From Candidatus Cloacimonadales bacterium (GTDB taxonomy: Bacteria; Cloacimonadota; Cloacimonadia; Cloacimonadales; JAFGVF01), in the NCBI GenBank assembly GCA_963678315.1, contig OY782781.1, positions 2,304,001 to 2,368,000 on the forward strand: a stretch of 64,000 bases of DNA, written 5' to 3'. Under the pieces are notes generated by a model that worked only from the letters and a program-made list of their open reading frames with translations, had not been told where the DNA came from and searched no databases. Each line of letters starts with the position of its first letter. The first letter of the stretch is position 1. Positions 38,564 to 47,855 of this stretch are shown here, piece after piece. Made by a program: the position numbers and the translations under genes.

Positions 38564-39997
38564 TTGTCTATGGTTTCACATGAAAACGAAAATTATGCAA
38601 AATTATTAGAGGAATCCTTCAATAACACAGCAGAACCTAAAATGGGTGATGTTGTAGAAGGCGAAATTATTAATATCACAGATTCAAATATCTTTATCAA
38701 TATGAATGGCAAATATGACGCGTATGCAGAAATTGCAGATTATTCTGATAAAGAAGGTAACTTAAAATTTAAAGTAGGCGAACTTTTACGTGGATTTATC
38801 GTTGAGTTTAACAATGACGGCATTAAAATTTCTAAAAGTTTAAGAAAACAATATGCTGATAAAACTCAAGTTAAAAAAGCATTCGATGATAAAATCCCTG
38901 TAGAAGGTAAAGTATTCAAAATAGTGAATGGTGGATATAGTGTTGACGTATTAGGCGTTAGAGCTTTCTGTCCTAAGTCACAAATTGATATCATGCTTAA
39001 AGAAGATTCAGAATACTTAAATAATACTTTTACTTTCTTAGTTACTGAATATGAGGAAAGTGGTAGAAATATTATCGTTTCTCGAAAAACATTATTACGT
39101 AAAGAAGCAGACGAATTACGTAAAGAAGCATTAGCTAATCTGGAACCAAACAAAGTTGTTAAAGGTGTTGTAAGAAGATTAACTGATTTTGGTGCTTTTG
39201 TTGACCTTGGTGGTGTTGAAGGCTTGTTACATGTATCTGAAATTGCATGGGCTCACATCGCTAAGCCATCAGACGCACTTAATGTAAATGAAGAAATTGA
39301 AGTATTAATTCTTGCTATCAATGGTGAGAAAATCTCATTATCAATGAAAGCTCTTCAAGAAAATCCTTTAGATATCGCTATCAAAGAACTTGAAGAAGGA
39401 ATCATTGTTGAATGTAAAGTACTTAGATTACACCCATTTGGTGCTTTCGTAGAAATCATCCCAGGTGTTGAAGGTCTTATCCCTATTTCTGAAATGTCAT
39501 GGGGTAAAAACATTAGACACCCAAAAGAAGTTTTAAAAGAAGGCGATGTAGTTGAAGCTCAAATCTTCAGACTTGATGCAGAAGAAAAGAAAATCAACCT
39601 TTCATTAAAAGCTTTAAAAGAAAACCCTTGGGATAACATTGATGATAAAGTGCAAGTTGATTCAGTTATCACTGGTACAGTAGAAAACAACACTAATTTT
39701 GGTGTATTTGTTACTATCACTGATGGTATTACTGGTTTATTACCTAGATCTAAGATGCCTATGGAATTAAATCCTAAGCAAGGTGAAGAAATCGAACTTA
39801 GAGTTACTTCAATTGATAAAGAATCTAATAGAATCTCTTTAGAACTTAAAGATCAACCTGAAATCGATCAAACTCAAAGACCAAAAAGAGATAACTTCAA
39901 ACCTAACAGACGTCGTGGTGGTAAACAACCTGAATGGAAAAAATGGGCAAGCGACAAACAAGAAGTGCCTGAAGATAACCCATTCAATCAATTATAA
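38564..39997 (+). CDS. rpsA: Ribosomal protein S1 family protein (about 5 S1 domains)
   Basis: GDVVEGEI, TDFGAFVDLGGVEGLLHVSEI, FGAFVEIIPGVEGLIPISE, FGVFV. Confidence 0.85.
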   Translation: MSMVSHENENYAKLLEESFNNTAEPKMGDVVEGEIINITDSNIFINMNGKYDAYAEIADYSDKEGNLKFKVGELLRGFIVEFNNDGIKISKSLRKQYADKTQVKKAFDDKIPVEGKVFKIVNGGYSVDVLGVRAFCPKSQIDIMLKEDSEYLNNTFTFLVTEYEESGRNIIVSRKTLLRKEADELRKEALANLEPNKVVKGVVRRLTDFGAFVDLGGVEGLLHVSEIAWAHIAKPSDALNVNEEIEVLILAINGEKISLSMKALQENPLDIAIKELEEGIIVECKVLRLHPFGAFVEIIPGVEGLIPISEMSWGKNIRHPKEVLKEGDVVEAQIFRLDAEEKKINLSLKALKENPWDNIDDKVQVDSVITGTVENNTNFGVFVTITDGITGLLPRSKMPMELNPKQGEEIELRVTSIDKESNRISLELKDQPEIDQTQRPKRDNFKPNRRRGGKQPEWKKWASDKQEVPEDNPFNQL

Positions 39998-40027
39998 TTG
40001 ACAAAATCAATAGATATATAAAATGTG

Positions 40028-40053
40028 AAGCGGGTATTTATACCCGCTTTCTT
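40028..40053 (+). terminator. Intrinsic terminator after the S1 gene
   Basis: AAGCGGGTA-TTTA-TACCCGCTT followed by TCTT. Confidence 0.7.
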
Positions 40054-40078
40054 ATTATTAAAAATAGTGGAGGAATTA

Positions 40079-41575
40079 ATGCAAGATAACACATCGCAAA
40101 TCCTAAAATTACGCAGAGAAAAACTCCAAAAGATTAAAGACTTAGGTGTAAATCCTTATCCAGTAGAGTCTAATCGTACACATAAAATTATTGAACTTAT
40201 TGAGAACAAAGACCTTTTCGTTGCTGAAGAGAAAGAAGTTGTTATTACAGGTCGCTTAATCGCTATGAGAAGACAAGGCAAAATTGGCTTTGGTAACCTA
40301 GCAGATATGACTGGTAAAATCCAACTTTTTGTTAAGAAAGATGCAGTCGGTGATGAAAACTATGAGCTTTTTAAACTTTGTGATATGGGAGATTTTGTTC
40401 AAGTAACAGGTACTGCTTTTATCACTCAAAGAGGTGAATATTCAGTTAAGGCAACAAATGTTACATTATTAACTAAAAACATTAGACCAGTTCCTACTGT
40501 TAAGGAAAAAGAAGTTGATGGTCAAAAAGTTAGATATGATGAGTTCTCAGATATAGAATTAAGATATAGAAAAAGATATTTAGACCTCCTTCTAAATCCA
40601 GAAAGGAAAGATACTTTTATCTTAAGATCTAATATTATCAGAACTATCAGAAACTACCTAGATTCTTTAGAGTTTATTGAAGTTGAGACTCCTGTTCTTC
40701 AACCTCTGTATGGTGGAGCAAACGCTAGACCTTTCGTTACTCACCATAACACATTAGATATTGACCTATATTTAAGAATTGCTACAGAGCTTTACTTGAA
40801 AAGATTGATAATCGGTGGCTTTGAAAGAGTATATGAAATAGGAAAGAACTTCCGTAATGAAGGAATGGACAAAACTCATAATCCTGAATTTACTGCTATG
40901 GAGCTATACCAAGCATATTCTGATTTGAATGGTATGATGGATATCACTGAAGGTATTATCAAAAAGATTGCTGAAGATGTTTTCCAAAAAGATGTATTTG
41001 AGTTTGATGGTAATGAAATCAATCTAGTAAAACCTTTTAGAAGAGCTTCAATGGCTGACTTAGTTGAAGAATTTTCTGGTTTCTCAGCTCATGATTTAGA
41101 CAAAGATAAAATCGTTGAATTCATGAATGATAAAGAAATTGAAGTTCCAAAAAACGTTGGACCAGGCCAATTACTTGAAGAACTTTTTGAATACTTTGTA
41201 GAGCCAAACCTTATCCAACCTACTTTTGTTACTGACTTCCCTAAAGAAGTTTCTCCATTAGCAAAAGCTAAAGTAGATAACCCAAAATATGTAGAAAGAT
41301 TTGAGTTGTTTATTTGTGGTAATGAATATGGTAATGCATTCTCAGAACTTAATGATCCTCTAGATCAACGTGAAAGACTTGAGGCTCAAGCCAAATTAAG
41401 AGATCTTGGAGATGAGGAAGCTAATGTTGTTGATGAAGATTTCTTAGAATCTTTAGAATATGGAATGCCACCTATGGGCGGTTTAGGAATTGGTATTGAT
41501 AGATTAGTTATGCTTCTTACTAATAACACTTCAATTAAAGAGGTTATCCTCTTCCCTACCATGAAACCTGAATAA
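40079..41575 (+). CDS. lysS: Lysine--tRNA ligase (class II)
   Basis: RYRKRYLDL, GGANARPF, FRNEG..HNPEF, YGMPP.GG.GIGIDRL. Start moved to ATG 40079 after GGAGGA. Confidence 0.97.
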   Translation: MQDNTSQILKLRREKLQKIKDLGVNPYPVESNRTHKIIELIENKDLFVAEEKEVVITGRLIAMRRQGKIGFGNLADMTGKIQLFVKKDAVGDENYELFKLCDMGDFVQVTGTAFITQRGEYSVKATNVTLLTKNIRPVPTVKEKEVDGQKVRYDEFSDIELRYRKRYLDLLLNPERKDTFILRSNIIRTIRNYLDSLEFIEVETPVLQPLYGGANARPFVTHHNTLDIDLYLRIATELYLKRLIIGGFERVYEIGKNFRNEGMDKTHNPEFTAMELYQAYSDLNGMMDITEGIIKKIAEDVFQKDVFEFDGNEINLVKPFRRASMADLVEEFSGFSAHDLDKDKIVEFMNDKEIEVPKNVGPGQLLEELFEYFVEPNLIQPTFVTDFPKEVSPLAKAKVDNPKYVERFELFICGNEYGNAFSELNDPLDQRERLEAQAKLRDLGDEEANVVDEDFLESLEYGMPPMGGLGIGIDRLVMLLTNNTSIKEVILFPTMKPE

Positions 41576-41578
41576 TTA

Positions 41579-42802
41579 ATGAATAAATGTACATACATTA
41601 GTAAAAGATATTTACGAGGTACTAAAGTTAGCTTAGCTGGAAATTACTGGCTAAGCTTGCTTGGTATTATTATCGGCGTTGCCTCACTCTTAATTGTAAT
41701 ATCTTTTATGAATGGCATGAACGACATTGTAATTGATAGATTTCTTTCAACTTACCCCAATATTAATGCATCAGCTGCTAGTTTCCCAGATGATTTTTTA
41801 AATGATGTAAGCAGTAATGAGTTAACTAATGTTCTGTCAAAATCAAATGAGGAAACACTTCTACTACTAGCTTGGAATAAACCCTCACTTGTTATGATGA
41901 AAGGATTAGAGCTTGATAAACTTCAGAACTCAATCCCACTCTTTTCTCCTCTTGATGAGAATAGTGATTCAAAATGTGGACTTTTATATTCTGTCAACCC
42001 CAACAAAGATTTTCCCAAAAATGGCATAATTGTAGGTCGTAACTTTTTATATAATCACCAGCTTACCTTAGGGGAAACACTAACCTTCCACTCTTTACAC
42101 AAGAGTAATTTCTCTTCTATAGGTAAAAGACCTTTTTCTAAAAGCTTTACTCTCGTTGGCGTCTATACAAATTCAATCCCTGAAATTGAAGATAATGTTA
42201 TATTCACTACTTATGATGACCTGTTACCTTTTACCAGCCCATCCACTGAAAACTACAACATATATCTAAACAACAATGAGGACACTAATAAACTTAAAAG
42301 TTATCTAGTAAAGAAATATCCTGAAGTTAATTTTGAAGATTGGAAAGATAGGAATAGAAATTTGTTTAGTGCAATGCAACTAGAAAAGTTAATAATGAAA
42401 GTAGTATTGACATTGATTATTATTTTATCCTCATTTAATCTTTCAGGCATCTTCTTAAAGAAAGTATCACATAAAAAGAAAGAATTAGGAATTTTACTCA
42501 CAATGGGATATACCAAACGTGAGATCACTTATATCTTCTTACTTCAAGGAGCTTATATCGGAGTTTTAGGTATTCTAGTTGGAAATATTCTTGCCTTTGT
42601 ATTATTAACATTGCAGATAAATTTCAACATTGTCCCTTTACCAGAATCATTAAGTGGTCAATTCAGCTCTCTCCCAATCAAAATGGAAGTAACTGAATTC
42701 TTATCTATTTCAGCAATTTCGTTAATTGTTTCTCTTATAAGCTCAATTATCCCAACTATTGAGATTAATAGATTAAATCCTATAGAAATTATCAAGAAAT
42801 AA
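41579..42802 (+). CDS. LolC/E (FtsX/MacB-family) ABC transporter permease
   Basis: GIIIGVASLLIVISFMNG, WKDRNRNLFSAMQLEK, KKKELGIL...G, NPIE. Confidence 0.85.
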   Translation: MNKCTYISKRYLRGTKVSLAGNYWLSLLGIIIGVASLLIVISFMNGMNDIVIDRFLSTYPNINASAASFPDDFLNDVSSNELTNVLSKSNEETLLLLAWNKPSLVMMKGLELDKLQNSIPLFSPLDENSDSKCGLLYSVNPNKDFPKNGIIVGRNFLYNHQLTLGETLTFHSLHKSNFSSIGKRPFSKSFTLVGVYTNSIPEIEDNVIFTTYDDLLPFTSPSTENYNIYLNNNEDTNKLKSYLVKKYPEVNFEDWKDRNRNLFSAMQLEKLIMKVVLTLIIILSSFNLSGIFLKKVSHKKKELGILLTMGYTKREITYIFLLQGAYIGVLGILVGNILAFVLLTLQINFNIVPLPESLSGQFSSLPIKMEVTEFLSISAISLIVSLISSIIPTIEINRLNPIEIIKK

Positions 42803-42846
42803 CATTGTTTTTGTTATATTTTAGTATAGATACATACTTTGTCCCC

Positions 42847-42888
42847 AAGCCCCACCTGCATAAAAACCCGATTTAATGCAGGAGGCTT
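42847..42888. repeat. Hairpin, probable divergent member (copy D) of the dispersed palindrome family
   Basis: CCACCTGCATAAA-AACCCGA-TTTAATGCAGGAGGC, with the same architecture and AA(G/C)CCGA loop as copy B. Confidence 0.5.
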
Positions 42889-43119
42889 TTAAGGCTATAG
42901 TGTGTATTTAGACAGCTTCTAAATGTTTTTTATATAATTTTGGCATACTCTTTTAACATCTATTATACTGCTAAACAATAGCTTTAGGCATATTTCTAAT
43001 ATCAATAAAGCTTATTTAGCAATTTATTTTTTATTCTCTTAGAGAAACTGCTTGAAAAATAACTTGCCAAACAAATCTGACTTACAAATATTGGGAAAAA
43101 AATATCATGGAGTTATACT

Positions 43120-44208
43120 ATGGAAAGAATTCATAATTTTAATGCTGGTCCTTCAGTGTTACCAGAAGAAGTTTTAAGAGATGTTCAAGCTAACTTATTA
43201 AGCTACAAAGGTTATGGCTTGTCAGTAATGGAAATGTCTCACCGCTCAGCTGAATATCAACAAATCATTGATGATGCTACAGCTGCTGTAAAAAGATTAT
43301 ACAACTTAGGTGATGATTACGAAGTTTTATTCTTACAAGGCGGAGCTTCAACTCAATTCTTAATGGTTGCTATGAACTTAATTGCAGATGGTAAAGAAGG
43401 TAACTATATTAATACTGGTACTTGGTCAACAAAAGCTTTAAAAGAAGCTAAGAAAATCGGGAAAGGTATGAATGTTGCAGCGACTTCAGAAGACAATGCA
43501 TTTAGTTATATTCCAAGAGAATTTAACTTATCAGAAAACCCTGCATTCTTACACATTACAACTAATAATACAATCAGAGGAACTGAATATACTTTCGTAC
43601 CTGAAGTTCCTGCAAATGTTCCATTAGTTGCTGATATGTCTTCTAACTTTATGAGCAGACCTTATGATATTAGTAAATTTGATTTAATTTACGCGGGTGC
43701 TCAAAAGAATGTTGGTCCTGCAGGATGTACTGTTGTTATCATCAAAAAGACTTTAGTTGAAAAATTCAATGATAACTTACCTACTATGCTTGATTATAAA
43801 ACTCATATTGAAAAAGGTTCTATGTTTAACACTCCACCTGCTTTTGCAATTTATGTAATTGGTGAAGTTCTTAAATGGATCGAAGATTTCGGTGGCGTAG
43901 CAAAAATTGAAGAGCAAAACATTGCTAAAGCTAAGTTAATTTATGATGCTATTGATAATTCTAATGGCTTCTATAAAGGTGCTGTTTCTGTAAAAGAAGA
44001 TAGATCATTAATGAACATTACATTCACAATGGCTAATGCTGACTTAGAAAAGAAATTCATTGCTGAAGCAAAAGAATTAGGTATGATTGGTCTTAAAGGT
44101 CATAGAAGTGTTGGCGGTTGCCGTGCTTCTGTTTACAACTCATGTCCAGTTGCAAGCTGTATGGCTTTAGCAGACTTTATGAAAAAGTTTCAAGCTGAAA
44201 ATAGTTAA
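43120..44208 (+). CDS. serC: Phosphoserine aminotransferase
   Basis: NFNAGPS, EMSHRS, QGGAS, DMSS, GAQKNVGPAG, NTPP, GHRSVGG.RAS.YN. Confidence 0.97.
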   Translation: MERIHNFNAGPSVLPEEVLRDVQANLLSYKGYGLSVMEMSHRSAEYQQIIDDATAAVKRLYNLGDDYEVLFLQGGASTQFLMVAMNLIADGKEGNYINTGTWSTKALKEAKKIGKGMNVAATSEDNAFSYIPREFNLSENPAFLHITTNNTIRGTEYTFVPEVPANVPLVADMSSNFMSRPYDISKFDLIYAGAQKNVGPAGCTVVIIKKTLVEKFNDNLPTMLDYKTHIEKGSMFNTPPAFAIYVIGEVLKWIEDFGGVAKIEEQNIAKAKLIYDAIDNSNGFYKGAVSVKEDRSLMNITFTMANADLEKKFIAEAKELGMIGLKGHRSVGGCRASVYNSCPVASCMALADFMKKFQAENS

Positions 44209-44224
44209 TCAATAACATATTATT

Positions 44225-44254
44225 AATAGGAAGGGAATTACCCTTCCTATTTTT
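44225..44254 (+). terminator. Intrinsic terminator after serC
   Basis: AATAGGAAGGG-AATTA-CCCTTCCTATT followed by a T-tract. Confidence 0.82.
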
Positions 44255-44285
44255 GTCTAATAGAAATACTAGATAAAGGATTCAA

Positions 44286-44888
44286 ATGCTCTCAATAATA
44301 TTAAAAAATAAAAAAGTAGTCTTAGCCTCAGAATCTCCAAGAAGAAAAGAAATATTTAAAAATGTTGGTATCAACGCTTTACAAATGCCTTCAAATATTG
44401 ATGAACCTAATATAGACATTAGACCACATTTATTAGTAAAACACCATGCAGAAAATAAAGCTAAAGCTGTTGCTAGTCATCTTGATGATAAATGTGTTAT
44501 TATTGGTTCTGATACACTAGTATTCTTCGAAGACAAAGTCTTAGGAAAACCAAAAAACAAATACGAGGCTTATTCACACTTAAGAATGTTATCAGGGAAA
44601 AAGCACTCTGTTTATACAGGTGTAGCGATTATCTACAAGAAGCAACTTGTTTCATTCTATGAAAAGACAATCGTTGAATTTGATGATTTATCAGATAAAG
44701 TAATCGACCAATACATTGAGACTGGAGATTGTTTTGATAAAGCTGGTGGATATGGTATTCAAGGAATTAGCAGTCAATTTATTAAGAAAATTAATGGATG
44801 CTATTTTAATGTGATGGGATTTCCTATTAATAAGTTTGCTAGAGAACTAAAAAAATTACTTATAGAAGTTGATAATGAAAATATTTAA
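44286..44888 (+). CDS. maf: Maf-family nucleoside triphosphate pyrophosphatase
   Basis: LASESPRR, GSDT, LGKP, DKAGGYGIQ, NVMGFP. Confidence 0.93.
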   Translation: MLSIILKNKKVVLASESPRRKEIFKNVGINALQMPSNIDEPNIDIRPHLLVKHHAENKAKAVASHLDDKCVIIGSDTLVFFEDKVLGKPKNKYEAYSHLRMLSGKKHSVYTGVAIIYKKQLVSFYEKTIVEFDDLSDKVIDQYIETGDCFDKAGGYGIQGISSQFIKKINGCYFNVMGFPINKFARELKKLLIEVDNENI

Positions 44889-46353
44889 GAATTGCATAAT
44901 TTATAGTTTAGATCCTTCTAATAATATATATGATTCTGTTTTAGTCGATCAAGGAAAAATCGTTAAATTAAATCTTTCAATTAATGAGATTAATAGTCTA
45001 GACTGTGAGACAATTGATTTAGACGGTTATACGCTTTTCCCTGGGTTTACTGATTCACACACCCACTCTTTCGAAGGTGGATTATACAGTATGGGGGCGA
45101 ATTTATCAGATTGTAGAACTATCGATGAAGTCCTTCAAAAGATTAGTCAATCGCAAGTTATTGGTGGCTACAAATTTGCATATAGTTTAGATGAAAATAG
45201 CTTAAAGGAACACCGATTCCCTAGCAGGGATGAACTCGACAAGGTTTGTCCTAATAATCCTCTATTACTACGCAGAGTTGATGGGCATTCTTGTGTAATA
45301 AACTCAAAAGCAATTGAGATAATTAACTTTAAAAAGAAGCTTAACGATAATTTTAATGGTTTTCTTAATAAAGAACTTAACGATTTAGCTGCACATACTT
45401 TCCACAATACACTCACAGATGAAGCTATTATAAGTGCTTATACAGCTGCTAATAAAATAGCAATAACTAGTGGACTCACGACTGTTCATACTATGATTGG
45501 GGATGCGCAATATAGTTTCAACCACTATCCTTTAATCAAAAATTCTTTGAATAATTTCACCATAGATTTTGAGTTATACCCTCAGTTTTTTGATGTAAAA
45601 AAAGCAGTAGAACATGGTGCAAGTAGAATAGGCGGATGTATACTTGCTGACGGATCATTTGGTTCTTATACTGCAGCTCTATCTCAACCATATAAAAATA
45701 CTGACAACATTGGTTCATTATATCAGAGTGACCAATTTTGGGATGACTTTGTATTAGAAGCCCATAAGAATAACCTTCAAGTAGGAGTTCATTGCATTGG
45801 TGATAGAGCTATAGATCAAATTGCAAGATCTTATGCAAAAGCTCAACAGAAAGCCCCCAAAGACCTAAGACATCAGATAATTCATAACGAATTAATGAGT
45901 GATGATACTTTAAAGTTGATGAAAGAAAATAACATCTCTGCAGTTATGCAACCTATGTTTGATAAGCTTTGGGGTGGTAAAAATGGATTTTATAAGCAAG
46001 TTCTTGGTGAAGAACGAGCATTAGCAACTAACCGATTTAAAACTATCAGCGATTCAGGAATACTATTAACTGGATCTTCTGATTGGTATATAACCACTTT
46101 AAATATCTTAGAACAGCTTGATGCGGCTGTTAACATTCATAATCCAGAGCAAAGACTATCTGTATATGAAGCATTGAAGATTTACACCAATAACTCAGCC
46201 AAACTAGCCCATAATGAAGCTAATAAAGGTTCTATCGAAGTTAATAAAATTGCTGATTTTACTATTCTTAAAAGCGATCCAATCAAGAGAAACACATTTA
46301 AGAACAATCAAATTGTAGGTGTAATCAAATCTGGAGAATTAATATTTGTTTAA
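44875..46353 (+). CDS. Amidohydrolase (YtcJ-like, Amidohydro_3)
   Basis: PGFTDSHTH, DGH, ADGSFGS.TA, VHCIGDRA, GSSD. Confidence 0.88.
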   Translation: MKIFKNCIIYSLDPSNNIYDSVLVDQGKIVKLNLSINEINSLDCETIDLDGYTLFPGFTDSHTHSFEGGLYSMGANLSDCRTIDEVLQKISQSQVIGGYKFAYSLDENSLKEHRFPSRDELDKVCPNNPLLLRRVDGHSCVINSKAIEIINFKKKLNDNFNGFLNKELNDLAAHTFHNTLTDEAIISAYTAANKIAITSGLTTVHTMIGDAQYSFNHYPLIKNSLNNFTIDFELYPQFFDVKKAVEHGASRIGGCILADGSFGSYTAALSQPYKNTDNIGSLYQSDQFWDDFVLEAHKNNLQVGVHCIGDRAIDQIARSYAKAQQKAPKDLRHQIIHNELMSDDTLKLMKENNISAVMQPMFDKLWGGKNGFYKQVLGEERALATNRFKTISDSGILLTGSSDWYITTLNILEQLDAAVNIHNPEQRLSVYEALKIYTNNSAKLAHNEANKGSIEVNKIADFTILKSDPIKRNTFKNNQIVGVIKSGELIFV

Positions 46354-46837
46354 TCAACCAAGAGCTAAGTATCTAATAGATCAAGAAATAGACCTATTTC
46401 CTGAAGCAACTCTACAAGATATATACAAATTATTCTACCAAGCAATCTTTGGAACTTCTCATTTCATAGACTCTAAAGACAAAGCAAAGCAGATGTTAGA
46501 AAACGAGCTTTTAAAATTAGATACAAATGTTTACCCCTTAGAATTAGATATTTCTTATGTTCTGAATATTAAGAGAGTTAGTCTCTACAATATTATACTT
46601 AAGAAAATTTCAACTGATCGATTACTAAATAATTTTATTGCTATGAGTAGTAAAAAGCAAATCTTTACTAATGCTGTTTGGATTAAAGAATGGCAAGAGA
46701 TTAAGCAGTTGACATGTGACCTATACCCTAGTATAACTCAAAATGTTAATGTAGCTATAGATACTAACACCCAGTTACACCATAGTCAACAATATAGGGA
46801 ACACTACCAACCACACTATAGACTAAATGGATTTTAA
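46346..46837 (+). CDS. Conserved hypothetical protein
   Basis: Overlaps the neighbouring genes in operon fashion; P.ATLQDIYKLFYQ...G..H and HHS..YR..Y.PHYR look conserved. Confidence 0.65.
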   Translation: MFNQPRAKYLIDQEIDLFPEATLQDIYKLFYQAIFGTSHFIDSKDKAKQMLENELLKLDTNVYPLELDISYVLNIKRVSLYNIILKKISTDRLLNNFIAMSSKKQIFTNAVWIKEWQEIKQLTCDLYPSITQNVNVAIDTNTQLHHSQQYREHYQPHYRLNGF

Positions 46838-47743
46838 ATGAGAATAGAAAATCATGTTAACCTACTATCTCAAAAATGGAAACAAGAGTATGGGTGTAAA
46901 GTAATAAAAATATGTTTATCAATGGGAATTGAATGCCCCAATAGAAGGAATGGTGGCTGTATATTCTGTCAACCATTATCATTCATTAAGGATAATCCTG
47001 TTGAAAACAAAATACCATTGAAATTACAAATAGAAAGTGCACTTGATTATTCTAAGAAACACAACCATCAAGATGTAAAGTATATAGCTTACTTTCAAGA
47101 TGAAACTTCTACAGCAACTTCTATCGATAATTTGAAAGCAACAATAGACACTATTCTAGAATATAATTGCTTTGAAGAGATAATATTCTCTACTAGACCT
47201 GATTATGTAAATGATCAAGTAATTAGACTCTTTGCAGAGTTTAAAATTAAAATATCAATCGAACTTGGAATTCAAACTATTCATGAAAAATCATTATCTT
47301 TGTTAAACAGAAATCACACACACATTGACACTATTAATGCCTTGGATATATGTTCAAAATATAAAATTCCTGTTGGAGTTCACTTAATTATTGGAATTCC
47401 TAATGAAAAATTAGCTCAAATTTTAGAAACTATTGATTTTGTTAATAATACAACTGTAATAAAAGACATCAAGTTCCACAATTTAGTTATTTACAAAGGA
47501 ACTAAGCTAGCAAGCTTGGCTGATTCTTTTGATTTTATGACTTATGATGAATATATAAATACTTTAGGACAAGTCATATCCCATTTAGATACTAGTAAGA
47601 CTGTTTCAAGACTATTTACATCTAATGTTAATAAAAGTAATCTAGCCATTAACCCTTTTCCTAAATTCAAAACATCTTGGTTAAAAGACCTATGGATATT
47701 GTTGAAAAACAAGAATATTATCCAAGGCTCAAACTTAAAGTAA
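46838..47743 (+). CDS. Radical SAM protein, YhcC/TIGR01212 family
   Basis: CPNR..GGCIFC, YFQ..T, TRPD, ELGIQT, NRNH, HLIIG, KFHNL...GT.L. Confidence 0.85.
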   Translation: MRIENHVNLLSQKWKQEYGCKVIKICLSMGIECPNRRNGGCIFCQPLSFIKDNPVENKIPLKLQIESALDYSKKHNHQDVKYIAYFQDETSTATSIDNLKATIDTILEYNCFEEIIFSTRPDYVNDQVIRLFAEFKIKISIELGIQTIHEKSLSLLNRNHTHIDTINALDICSKYKIPVGVHLIIGIPNEKLAQILETIDFVNNTTVIKDIKFHNLVIYKGTKLASLADSFDFMTYDEYINTLGQVISHLDTSKTVSRLFTSNVNKSNLAINPFPKFKTSWLKDLWILLKNKNIIQGSNLK

Positions 47744-47785
47744 CTAAACAATTTCATTTGTTATGAAATATTATTAATAAATTGC

Positions 47786-47814
47786 TTTACAAACAGAATA
47801 ACTTATTATAAAAT
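47786..47814 (+). promoter_or_regulatory. Candidate sigma70 promoter of the HhH-barrel operon
   Basis: TTTACA-N17-TAAAAT, 41 bp upstream of the ATG. Confidence 0.5.
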
Positions 47815-47855
47815 GTATATAAAACGTAAGAATAATAAAAATAATAGGATACCAT

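Noticed and set aside
40025..40078. N-terminal extension of LysS in the ORF track
   Set aside because: It spans the upstream terminator hairpin; the GGAGGA RBS points to ATG 40079.
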